Assembly (NCBI GenBank): GCA_050010755.1
Contig: JBEKKK010000001.1
Span: 704,001-768,000 of the forward strand
Length of the DNA stretch: 64,000 nt
From: Candidatus Bathyarchaeia archaeon
Lineage (GTDB): Archaea > Thermoproteota > Bathyarchaeia > Bathyarchaeales > Bathycorpusculaceae
Direction of reading: 5' to 3'
The position numbers were made by a program, and so were the translations under genes. The notes under the pieces were generated by a model. The model had not been told where the DNA came from. It did no database searches and saw only the letters and a program-made list of their open reading frames with translations. Of this stretch, positions 30,057 through 39,448 are shown piece after piece. Position 1 is the stretch's first letter. Every line of letters starts with the position of its first letter.

Positions 30057-31052
30057 GTGTACTGTTTGGTTTCTCTCAGAGCTTTGGCACCGTCGTTAAC
30101 AAGAATAACTGTTGCCGGGGCTGTTGGAGCAGCGATGCATATCGGCCAAGGTGACGAACACTTGGTAGACTCAGACGCAGTCGAATTCTCGAGGGCGGTT
30201 CTGGCCCAGACAGATGTCGAGGGTGAGGTAATTGCCTGCGAGGGACCAAAGGACAACGCTCCAGCATTCATACGTAGAGAGAAAGTTGGAACCGGCAAAG
30301 GCCCGAAAGTCGAGTTTGTTGTCGATCCTGTTGATGGCACAACTGCCGCTTCCAAAGGGAGAAAGGACGCAATCTCTGCGCTTGCCTGCGCGCCAGCTGG
30401 CTGCTTTCAAGTTCTTCCGGACGATGGATACTACTTCAAAGTGGCCACTGACCGCCACGCGCTTGGAAAGATTTCCCTAGAAATGTCGATTGAAGAAATC
30501 GTGCGCACAGTCGCTCGGGAAAAGGGCTTGCCTGTTGAAAACTTCACGGTAATCATGCTGGAGCGTGAAAGGCACATAGAAATTCTAAATCGTCTAAGAA
30601 AGCTAGGCGTACGAATAATCCTCATAACCGACGGCGACATCGCGGGAGCAGTCGTCACGTGTCGACCGGGGTCAGGCATAGATCTCCTCTTAGGTGCTGG
30701 TGCGGGACCCGAGGCGACCATTGCAGCCACTGCCATTAAAATTCTGGGCGGCACTATGCTCGTGAAGGCTTGGAAGGATAAGAAAGACGACGCGAAAAGG
30801 ATGGACAGATTGAAGGCCGAAGGAGTTGACGCAGACAAAACTTATTGCCAAGACGAGTTGGCCAAAGGCAACGAACTTGTCTTTGCTGCATCTGGCGTGA
30901 CTAAAGGCGAACTGTTGGACGGCGTTCGGTTCATCCCAGAGGGGGCCATCGTTAACTCTCTTTGCATGAGATTGCCTAGCGGAACCGTGGAAAAGTCAGA
31001 AACAACCTTACGGTTTAAGGGGCATCCCGTGTACAAGCGGTTCATGCCCTAG
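30057..31052 (+). CDS. glpX: Fructose-1,6-bisphosphatase class II
   Basis: EGPKDNAP, VDPVDGT, ITDGD, GAGPE, FAASGVT.GELL.GVRF. Confidence 0.9.
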   Translation: MYCLVSLRALAPSLTRITVAGAVGAAMHIGQGDEHLVDSDAVEFSRAVLAQTDVEGEVIACEGPKDNAPAFIRREKVGTGKGPKVEFVVDPVDGTTAASKGRKDAISALACAPAGCFQVLPDDGYYFKVATDRHALGKISLEMSIEEIVRTVAREKGLPVENFTVIMLERERHIEILNRLRKLGVRIILITDGDIAGAVVTCRPGSGIDLLLGAGAGPEATIAATAIKILGGTMLVKAWKDKKDDAKRMDRLKAEGVDADKTYCQDELAKGNELVFAASGVTKGELLDGVRFIPEGAIVNSLCMRLPSGTVEKSETTLRFKGHPVYKRFMP

Positions 31053-31109
31053 AATGCATTAAGGCGTTCATGTGGCACGGCACGAATCATCCTCAAATGG
31101 AGCAATGGC

Positions 31110-31259
31110 ATGGAAGAAAAAACAACGATTCTGCCATGTGGCTGCAAGTATCAGGACAACGGATACATGGTGGTGCGAGTCCATGAATGTGCTTACCATA
31201 AACGGAAGAGGACGACCAAGCGGCCGTATCGACCGAAAGCCGAATGCGTTAGACCCTGA
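31110..31259 (+). CDS. Possible 49-aa Cys/His-rich small protein
   Basis: Manual translation MEEKTTILPCGCKYQDNGYMVVRVHECAYHKRKRTTKRPYRPKAECVRP; below the ORF-track cutoff. Confidence 0.3.
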   Translation: MEEKTTILPCGCKYQDNGYMVVRVHECAYHKRKRTTKRPYRPKAECVRP

Positions 31260-31464
31260 GACTACACGATTAGACTTTCAACAGAATCTGGCAAACATGG
31301 AGCGAGTATAACAATGGATTGCATGATTCCCGATGCTAGAGGCAAGCAAGTGAATACTCAACGTGAAAATAGGTTCTCACGAAGAAAGAGGCAAGCAGGA
31401 AGAGGGCGCCGTTGCCCAAGTTTTATTCAAAACAATTCTCGATGTGGTCTCAGGTGGATTTCGC

Positions 31465-32373
31465 TTGTTTGACATAGTGTCCGTCGGTGATTTTTGCATA
31501 GATTCAATTTTCCTGCCCAATCGACAAACTGGATTCACTGTTCTGGGCGGCTCGGTGGCGTATGCCTCTTTTGCTGCAAGACGTTTGGATGCGAGGGTTT
31601 CGGTCATTTCAACTGTAGGTGCAGATTTCCCCGCCGCTTACAAATGGTGGCTCGAACAAGAGGGCGTAGATTTGTCTGGAGTTACCGACATGAAGGATGC
31701 GCTTACTACCCGTTTTGAGCTGAGATACAACAGTGACCTTTCAGACCGTACCCTCTGCTCAAAGAACAGGATGCCTCCTATTCGTATCGAAGACTTGCCT
31801 AACCCTCTGAAAGCCAGAGTAATACATCTTGCACCAATCGCAGGCGAAGTCACATATGAAGTGGCCGAGAAACTGAAAAACTACACAGAAATCATGTCCC
31901 TTGACCCGCAAGGACTCGTACGAAATTTCGACGAGAACGGAAACGTCACACTCAAAGAGCCTGAGGACAGACGCATCTTGGGCCTCGTTGACATCTTCAA
32001 ATCCGCACGGAGGGAAATCGAAACCCTAACAGGCCTATCCGACCTTGATTCAGCCATAAAAGCCATGCACAGCCAGGGCCCCAGAATAGTCATCGTCACT
32101 CTAGGACAGGAAGGCGCCTTGGTCTCCCTCGAAAACACTATCCATAGAGTCCCAGCCTACAAACCTGAAAAATTCGTCGATCCAACCGGAGCCGGAGACG
32201 CCTTCATCGGCGCCTTCTTAGCAGAATACGCCCGAGGCGAAGACTGCGCCTGGTGCTCACAAGTAGGTTCTGCAGCAGCCTCGCTAGTCGTTGAAGCAAT
32301 CGGTCCCACATCATTCGGCGACAAAGAGGAAATCTATCGAAGAGCGCACACTCTTGCTGAAAAAAGAAACTAG
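31465..32373 (+). CDS. PfkB-family carbohydrate kinase
   Basis: LGGS..Y, DPQG, VTLG..G, DPTGAGDAF; likely TTG 31465 after AGGTGG. Confidence 0.92.
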   Translation: MFDIVSVGDFCIDSIFLPNRQTGFTVLGGSVAYASFAARRLDARVSVISTVGADFPAAYKWWLEQEGVDLSGVTDMKDALTTRFELRYNSDLSDRTLCSKNRMPPIRIEDLPNPLKARVIHLAPIAGEVTYEVAEKLKNYTEIMSLDPQGLVRNFDENGNVTLKEPEDRRILGLVDIFKSARREIETLTGLSDLDSAIKAMHSQGPRIVIVTLGQEGALVSLENTIHRVPAYKPEKFVDPTGAGDAFIGAFLAEYARGEDCAWCSQVGSAAASLVVEAIGPTSFGDKEEIYRRAHTLAEKRN

Positions 32374-32776
32374 GACATAGCGCGCGAGAGCGCAGGTTCA
32401 ATGAACCCATGGGCGACAAGCCTGCCTGACTTCATATTTGGATCATATTTGGATCATATCGTTGACCGAGGGGGGAGGCCGTTGGCGCACACATATCGGA
32501 ATTCGGCGAGTCTTGAAAAGTTAGAAACCGAATTCAAGAATGCCCATGCGCTCATAGTAGCCTGCGAAAGAAAGAGATTTCAACCATACAAATCAAAAAG
32601 AGAATACTTAGAGCCCCCATCGGGGAAACGGCTAGATTCGTAGTGCGAAAAGCAGGAAGGTTTGGTATCTCTCCATACGTTCGGAATTCGAGTTCAGGAT
32701 TTTCTTTCGGAAAAGAAGATTAAGGAATGACGCGTATGTACGTTTCGAACATCGGATTAAAGCTGAGGCGTTAAGT

Positions 32777-32983
32777 GTGGGACGTATTGACAAGGGAGCG
32801 AAGTGCAGCGTGTCGGGCTGCGCCGGAGAAGCAGTTCGTTCACTCTCAGGTGAAAAGGTAAGAGCGGCTGGTCTCAAAGTGGGCAACGAGAAGCGGGCTT
32901 ACCTCTGCAAAGAACATTACAAAGAGTACAAGAAGAAGACAAAGAAAGATAAGCAGCTTGAGAAATGGCGCTACAGCGTGTAG
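32777..32983 (+). CDS. Small basic Zn-finger protein
   Basis: CSVSGC...LCKEHY; GAGG RBS; directly upstream of thrS. Confidence 0.7.
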   Translation: MGRIDKGAKCSVSGCAGEAVRSLSGEKVRAAGLKVGNEKRAYLCKEHYKEYKKKTKKDKQLEKWRYSV

Positions 32984-33004
32984 AATCAGGAGGCACATGT
33001 ACAA

Positions 33005-34873
33005 ATGCGGATATTGCAGTTGCACTCAGACTTCATCGCGTATAAACCGGTGAAGAAGGAAGTTGCCAATGCTGAGGAAGCCGAAAAGAAAGAGGTTCGA
33101 TTAGAAGAAGTGGTTGTCCTGTTCACGGCAGTGGAGGAAGCCGACGACAGTACAGTAGCCCAGAGAGCCATAGACGAGATTCAGACTTTCCTTTCAAAAC
33201 AGAAGATAAACCGTATCCTGATTTATCCCTACGCACACTTGAGTAGCGATCTGGCTAAGCCGGCAGAGGCCTTGAAAACTGTAAAGGCCATGGAAGCCTA
33301 CGCCAAGAAGAAGGGCATAGAAACTTTCCGCGCACCCTTCGGTTGGAACAAGCAGTTCACTATTTCCATAAAAGGGCACCCTCTCGCTGAGCAGTCCCGC
33401 GTAATATTGCCCACAAAAGCTGAGAAGAAGGAAGAAGAAAAGATTTCCGAAGCAGCCAAAGCTGAAGAAAAACTCAAATCGTTCTGGTACATTCTTCAGC
33501 CGGACGGAAAACTCGTTCCAGTCGAAGACTTCAAATTCAAAGGCCATGAAAATCTGGAGAAATTTTCAAAATATGAAATATCCAAGGTTCGCGCAAGCCA
33601 GCAGATGCCTCCCCACGTGACATTGATGAAAAGACTGGAAATCGCAGACTACGAACTCGGAAGTGACCCAGGCAACATCCGCTGGTACCCCAAAGGACGG
33701 CTTGTCAAATCTCTGCTCGAACAGTTTGTAACCGCGAAGATGAACGAGTACGGCGCCATGGAAGTTGAGACTCCAGTCATGTATGATTTTCAACATCCCA
33801 GCCTCGCAGACTACCTGAATCGTTTTCCCGCAAGGCAATACCTACTCAAGTCGGAAGATAAAGAACTGTTCTTGCGTTTCGCCGCTTGCTTCGGACAGTT
33901 TTTGATGGTTCACGACGCCCAGTTCTCATACAAACAAATGCCAATGAAAGTCTACGAGTTGACCCGCTACAGTTTCAGAAGGGAAAAAAGCGGAGAACTC
34001 GTTGGCTTAAAACGTTTGAGAGCTTTCAGCATGCCCGACTGCCACGCCTTTTGCACGGACTTGGAGCAGGCAAAAGAAGAGTACGCGACAAGGTTCAACC
34101 TCTGCATAAAAATCCTAGAGGAAATAGGTCTGTCCGAAAAGGACTATGAAATTGCAGTGCGATTCACTAAAGACTTCTACGAGCAAAACAAGGAGTTCAT
34201 CGCCTCATTAGCAAAAATGGCTGGCAGACCGGTTCTGGCTGAAATGTGGAATGAACGCTTCTTCTACTATGTGCTCAAATGGGATTTCAACTTCGTCGAT
34301 AATCAGGACAAGGCTGCAGCGCTTTCAACAGACCAGCTTGACGTTGAAAACGCAGAAAGATACGACATAAACTACACCGACGAAAAAGGCCAAAAAATCC
34401 ACCCCTTAATTCTACACTGCTCCCCGAGCGGGGCAATCGAAAGAGATGTGTACGCGCTGCTCGAAAAAGCCTACAAGGAACAACAACGCGGCAAATCACC
34501 AATGCTTCCGCTGTGGCTCTCGCCCACCCAAGTTCGCATAATCCCAATATCGGACAGTTTCCTGAAAGACGTTGAAAAGATGGCTGAAAAAATTGAAACG
34601 CACTGCATACGAGTTGACATCGACGATAGAGCACTGACCCTGCAGAAAAAGATACGAGAAGCCGAGATGGAGTGGGTCCCCTACATAATCGTAGTAGGAA
34701 AAAGAGAAATCGACTCAGGCACGATTCCAGTAAGGGACAGAATAGCTGGGAAAGTACAAAGCATGAAGCTGGAGCAGTTGATGAAGGAAATCGAAAAAGC
34801 AACCCTTAACAAACCCTTCAAAGCGCTTCCATTGCCAAAATACTTATCAAAAAGACCGCAATTCCACGGCTAG
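33005..34873 (+). CDS. thrS: Threonine--tRNA ligase (archaeal type with N-terminal editing domain)
   Basis: MRILQLHSD, YPYAHLS, RAPFGW, GHPLAE, LRFAACFG, PDCH, LHCS. Confidence 0.97.
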   Translation: MRILQLHSDFIAYKPVKKEVANAEEAEKKEVRLEEVVVLFTAVEEADDSTVAQRAIDEIQTFLSKQKINRILIYPYAHLSSDLAKPAEALKTVKAMEAYAKKKGIETFRAPFGWNKQFTISIKGHPLAEQSRVILPTKAEKKEEEKISEAAKAEEKLKSFWYILQPDGKLVPVEDFKFKGHENLEKFSKYEISKVRASQQMPPHVTLMKRLEIADYELGSDPGNIRWYPKGRLVKSLLEQFVTAKMNEYGAMEVETPVMYDFQHPSLADYLNRFPARQYLLKSEDKELFLRFAACFGQFLMVHDAQFSYKQMPMKVYELTRYSFRREKSGELVGLKRLRAFSMPDCHAFCTDLEQAKEEYATRFNLCIKILEEIGLSEKDYEIAVRFTKDFYEQNKEFIASLAKMAGRPVLAEMWNERFFYYVLKWDFNFVDNQDKAAALSTDQLDVENAERYDINYTDEKGQKIHPLILHCSPSGAIERDVYALLEKAYKEQQRGKSPMLPLWLSPTQVRIIPISDSFLKDVEKMAEKIETHCIRVDIDDRALTLQKKIREAEMEWVPYIIVVGKREIDSGTIPVRDRIAGKVQSMKLEQLMKEIEKATLNKPFKALPLPKYLSKRPQFHG

Positions 34874-34934
34874 CAAAGACAAGACCAGTTTTTTAATCCA
34901 AGGGCGCTCCTAAGCGACGTGCGGATCGATAGAC

Positions 34935-36146
34935 TCAATCATGCCCCTTGACCTTCATAAATGCCTCAACTTTGTCAAGGGCTTCCTCAAGCGTTTCAAG
35001 CGGCGGAAGAATCACGCCTCTTACGTGGCCAGAACCGTATTCGGGGTCAAACCCTGAGCCGTGCACGAAAAGAACGCCTGTCTCTTTCAGAAGGTCCAGC
35101 ACGAATTCGAAGTCTGTTTTCCATTTTGAGCCCACGGCGTCGATCTTGGGGAAAACGTAGAATGCGGCTTCTGGTCTTGCGCAGCTCATGCCATGGATTT
35201 CATTCAGTCTTTTCCAAGCGTATTCACTTCTTTGTCGGAGCTTTTCAACAGTGACTTTAATGTGGTCTTGCGGGCCATTCAAGGCAGCTACTCCCGCCTT
35301 CTGAACTGGCGTGTTTGCGCAAAGCCTTATCCTTGCTTCTTTTTCTATACACTGCTTAAACTCTTGTAGCTGTCCCTTCTGACAGCAGAAGTACATGTAG
35401 CCGAGTCTCCAGCCGGTCATGAGGTATGCTTTGGAGAAGCCGTTCAGCCCTATAATTGGAACATCATTGGCGATGTGCGCTGTGCTGACAGACCTTTTGT
35501 TGAAGACCAACTGATCATAGATTTCGTCTGACAAGACCGGGACATCGTATTCTGCGGCCATGTCTAGAATCTGTTTGATGACCTTTTCCTCATAAAGGGC
35601 ACCGCAAGGGTTGTTGGGGTTGATAATCACTATTCCGCGCGTTTTGTCTGATATTTTACTTCTGAGATCGTCGATGTCTGGTTGCCAGCCGTTTTCTTCG
35701 ACCGTTTTGTAGGTTACTGGTTTTCCGTTGAAGAATTTGGTGTAGGAAATGTAGGGTGGATATGTCGGTCCTGGAAGGAGGATTTCATCCCCTGGATCGA
35801 TGAGGGCTGCCATTGTCATTTGAATACCCTCTGAAATTCCCGAAGTGACAATAACATCTTCGGCTGAGACATCAACACCGTTGACCCTTTTCTCCTTGCT
35901 GCTGATTGCTTCTCTGAGCTCGGGCAATCCTTCTGAAGGAGAGTAACCGTTGGATCCCCCTTCGACAGCTTTCACAAGGGCCTGCTTGATGTGCTGCGGA
36001 GTGTCAAAATCAAAAGCGTTAGGATCTCCTATATTCAAATAGTAAATCTTCTTCCCAGTCTTCGCAATCTGTCTCGCCGGAATCACGACATCACGTATCG
36101 CATATTCAATGGTTTGCACCCTTTCAGTGGTCTTTACGTTGGTCAA
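34935..36146 (-). CDS. Class I/II PLP aminotransferase (alanine aminotransferase-like)
   Basis: YAIRD, LNIGDP, INPNNP, SDEIY, SKAYLMTGWRLG. Confidence 0.9.
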   Translation of the reverse strand: MTNVKTTERVQTIEYAIRDVVIPARQIAKTGKKIYYLNIGDPNAFDFDTPQHIKQALVKAVEGGSNGYSPSEGLPELREAISSKEKRVNGVDVSAEDVIVTSGISEGIQMTMAALIDPGDEILLPGPTYPPYISYTKFFNGKPVTYKTVEENGWQPDIDDLRSKISDKTRGIVIINPNNPCGALYEEKVIKQILDMAAEYDVPVLSDEIYDQLVFNKRSVSTAHIANDVPIIGLNGFSKAYLMTGWRLGYMYFCCQKGQLQEFKQCIEKEARIRLCANTPVQKAGVAALNGPQDHIKVTVEKLRQRSEYAWKRLNEIHGMSCARPEAAFYVFPKIDAVGSKWKTDFEFVLDLLKETGVLFVHGSGFDPEYGSGHVRGVILPPLETLEEALDKVEAFMKVKGHD

Positions 36147-36216
36147 GGTTCATCCTCTTCTTTAGCAAGGGTTTATCCGAAAATGAAATAAAGATTGCGG
36201 AAAGCCTGCTAGACTT

Positions 36217-37938
36217 TCAATGACCAGTCAGCACATAATCTAGTAATGTTAGGGATAGAGGAACAGTTAATGTTAGGGATGCTTGGAACCCGTCAGCCGT
36301 CTGAACGATGACCGTCACATTCTGGTCGGCGTAGGGGCTCCAGTTCCATGGACAGGTAATTGTCTGGTTGGTTCCTGCGGCAAGTTGGTATTGTGGGCTG
36401 ATCTGCGGGTACGTTATCGTTCCGTCAATTGTCTGGTTTCCGTTTTCAGTTTGTACGAATATTTGTGTAATGCTTGCATTTGTTTCGGAGAACGGGCTGT
36501 TAGTGACTGTGACGTTAATGTATGGAATTCCAGGCGGGCTTGAGAATGAAACGTTGATTATTTCGTAGTATGTCACGTTTGCTAGGAAAGGTAGAACCAG
36601 AGAGCCGTTCTCGTAGGTTGCGTAAGCTGTTATGTTCACTTGGTGTCCAACATAGGCGGACCAGTCGAATGCACAAACGAAGACTGCTTGCTCTCCTATT
36701 GCAACCGACGGTTGGCTTATGTTGATTTCGTTATTGTTGAGATAGATCTGTGTAACGTTGATATTATCAAGCGAAATCTGTGTAACATTGATACTATCAA
36801 GCGAATATGGCAGGTTTGTCACGGTCACATTGAAATGTCCAGTGTCGGCTAAATCAAATTCTGCTTGATCCACCTGCGCCGCAACCTCATCTGGAGTTGT
36901 GTACGTAACTGTCTGGGAAGCGAAACCTTGGCTGGTGAAGGCCGTTACACTAATGGTCATGTTGCGGTAGCTTTCACTGCTCCAGTTCCAAACACAGTCG
37001 AGCGTGACGCTCGTATTCACGTCGAGAGTAAAAGGAAGTATTGGGCTTGAAAGTGTCCCATTAATCACGTCGGTGCTGTTGGTGCCGTATGCGATCGTGA
37101 TGTCTGTTACGTTGACGGATAGCGTCGAACTTGGTGAGTTGAGAAGCGTGACGTTGATGCGGTCCGAATTTGCCTCGTTAAACTGAAGATCGGTAATCAT
37201 CAAAGTTGTAGAAGCGTTGACCTGTTCAATGACCTCAGCATCGTATCCTTCTTGTGTTTGAACCACCACGTCGGGGTTGACGTGACTGTGCCAATCGAAG
37301 AAACACGTGAATTGTGTGCTGTTGCCAATGCCGAGAGTTTTCGGAAGAGTTATGCTCAAATCTGAAATGTCGGTGCCATCGATTGTAACGCCAGTTAAGG
37401 TCAGGTTTATGGCCGAACTTGCATTGTTTTGAACGATCATAAGAAAAGACTCCACGGTTTGCGAAGGGACGAAAAATGCGGAGGCGGTCAACTGAACGAA
37501 CGAAGGTTGAACCGTGAACGTTGCGCCAATACCGGTCTGGGGTGTAACGGTTACCGTGAGATTTTCTCCAGCATAAGCCCCCCAATTGAGGTTACACTGA
37601 ATGCTTACGGACGCTCCGATATTGAGAAAAACGGGCAGGGCCGGATCCGAGTTTGTCACGTTTAGCACGTTGGTTCCGTTAGGAGTTGTGAGGGAGACGC
37701 TGGTAATATTCGTTCCAGATGATGAATAAGACGGGTTAAGAACCGTCACCACGAAGTAATCTGCATGATACAAAGGAAAATTGACACTCGTAATCGACAG
37801 ATTCACATTAGTAGGAGTTGAGTAGAAAGGCGCTATAGCCCACATGTAAGAAATAAAGCCGCCTAGAATTGCTGCGGCAAGAATCAACAATATAGTGAGG
37901 AGGGTTGAAACCGCTCTGAAATCCTTTTGTAACCGCAA
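36217..37938 (-). CDS. Cell-surface protein with class III (pilin-type) signal peptide and repeated beta-rich domains
   Basis: FRA|VSTLLTILLILAAAILGG; four repeats ending C.(W/F/L)(N/D)W...V.T..G; many NxS/T sequons. Confidence 0.75.
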   Translation of the reverse strand: MRLQKDFRAVSTLLTILLILAAAILGGFISYMWAIAPFYSTPTNVNLSITSVNFPLYHADYFVVTVLNPSYSSSGTNITSVSLTTPNGTNVLNVTNSDPALPVFLNIGASVSIQCNLNWGAYAGENLTVTVTPQTGIGATFTVQPSFVQLTASAFFVPSQTVESFLMIVQNNASSAINLTLTGVTIDGTDISDLSITLPKTLGIGNSTQFTCFFDWHSHVNPDVVVQTQEGYDAEVIEQVNASTTLMITDLQFNEANSDRINVTLLNSPSSTLSVNVTDITIAYGTNSTDVINGTLSSPILPFTLDVNTSVTLDCVWNWSSESYRNMTISVTAFTSQGFASQTVTYTTPDEVAAQVDQAEFDLADTGHFNVTVTNLPYSLDSINVTQISLDNINVTQIYLNNNEINISQPSVAIGEQAVFVCAFDWSAYVGHQVNITAYATYENGSLVLPFLANVTYYEIINVSFSSPPGIPYINVTVTNSPFSETNASITQIFVQTENGNQTIDGTITYPQISPQYQLAAGTNQTITCPWNWSPYADQNVTVIVQTADGFQASLTLTVPLSLTLLDYVLTGH

Positions 37939-38088
37939 ATCTTATCCTCCAATTTTCAGCAATGGTGTAAATCATATTTCTCGGAAGTAGATAAGCGTTC
38001 TCTTGCAATATGAACTTCAATCAGTATGGAGGGCTAAGTTTAAATCTTATCCGATTTCATAATTGGCCCTCAAGTTTTGGGATGCAGC

Positions 38089-39375
38089 ATGGCAGATTAC
38101 GACGTAGTCACAGTGGGCGCGGGAATCATTGGGTTGGCAACGGCGTATCACCTGAAAAGCCGCAACCCCAACCAGAAAATCTTGGTCGTTGACAAGAGAG
38201 GAGCCGCCGGCCAGGGCAGCACTGCGAAGAGCGCGGCCGCATTTCGCTGTCTCTTTGCCTCTCGAACAAACTTTGCCCTAGCAGACTCATCTGCAGAATT
38301 CTACAGACACGTCCAGACCGATCTGCACGTGGATTTGAAGCTGCGGTGGGCGGGCTACTTGTGGTTCTTTGACGAGGAAGGCTACCGCAGAATGCTCCCC
38401 GTCCTGAAAGAACTGGCGGCCAAAGGGTTCCAGTACAAGGAATACGATGAAGCTGAATTGGCCAGAAAGCTTGAGATGAAAACAAGCTTAAGTGATGACG
38501 AAGAAGCAAAAATGATGGGTTTGGGAAATGTTCATAAGGGAATACTGATTCCCAAGGCGGGGTTAATCGACGTTGACTCCCTCGTGAAGTTTTACGAATC
38601 AGAGTTCCTGAAACTTGGGGGAAAGATTCTGTACAACACCGAAGTGAAGGAACTCATTGTGGAACCCCGTCAGCCACTCGGAATGCCTGGTGAACCGTAC
38701 TTCTGGCAGGACGCATCCGTTACTGGAGTTAAGACTAGTAGAGGCGTAGTTAAGGCAGACAAGACGATAATTGCGACGGGGGCCTGGGCTTCACAGTTGC
38801 TGGACCCTGTTGGAATTGAATGTTTCATCAAGCCCAAGAAGCGGCAGATCTTCTCGATTAAAGCAGGAACCGAAGGGTTGAAAAAACTGTTGCTATCGAA
38901 GGAGTTCACAAACGCCGGATGCTTGCCGTTCACGATTCTTCCTAAACCCACAGCTTATATCCGGCCCGCTCCGGAAGAGAATGCCCTGTGGCTGGCTTAT
39001 GCTGACGAGTTTCCAAGAGCTTTCAAGATTGAGGAAGAACCTGAGGCGGAAGAGAACTACTACCGGTACGGCCTGTATCAAGTCATGGTAAAATACTTCC
39101 CACAGTTCACGGACTGCCAACCCTTCTCATCCTTCGCCGGATTGTACGAAATAAACAGCATCGACGGTCAACCCATAATCTTCGAAGAAAACGGCGTAAT
39201 GCTCGCCGGTGGAGCGAGCGGAAGCGGCATACTGAAGGCCGACTCAATCGGAAGAATAGCGGCAGCGCTCTGCCAAGGCGAAGAATACGCTCTACTGTAT
39301 GGGGATAGAAAATTCCGAGTAAGCGACTTAGGTTTGAAAAAGAGAAGTGTAGAACCGGAAAGACTGGTAATATAG
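38089..39375 (+). CDS. FAD-dependent oxidoreductase (DAO/sarcosine oxidase beta-like)
   Basis: VGAGIIG, GST..SAA, ATGAW, FAGLY, GASGSGI. Confidence 0.9.
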   Translation: MADYDVVTVGAGIIGLATAYHLKSRNPNQKILVVDKRGAAGQGSTAKSAAAFRCLFASRTNFALADSSAEFYRHVQTDLHVDLKLRWAGYLWFFDEEGYRRMLPVLKELAAKGFQYKEYDEAELARKLEMKTSLSDDEEAKMMGLGNVHKGILIPKAGLIDVDSLVKFYESEFLKLGGKILYNTEVKELIVEPRQPLGMPGEPYFWQDASVTGVKTSRGVVKADKTIIATGAWASQLLDPVGIECFIKPKKRQIFSIKAGTEGLKKLLLSKEFTNAGCLPFTILPKPTAYIRPAPEENALWLAYADEFPRAFKIEEEPEAEENYYRYGLYQVMVKYFPQFTDCQPFSSFAGLYEINSIDGQPIIFEENGVMLAGGASGSGILKADSIGRIAAALCQGEEYALLYGDRKFRVSDLGLKKRSVEPERLVI

Positions 39376-39448
39376 TTTCGGGCACAAGTAGATTTATTTA
39401 CTTTCGGATAGAAGTAACTACATACTGATTTTAGGGTCGGTTATCAAC

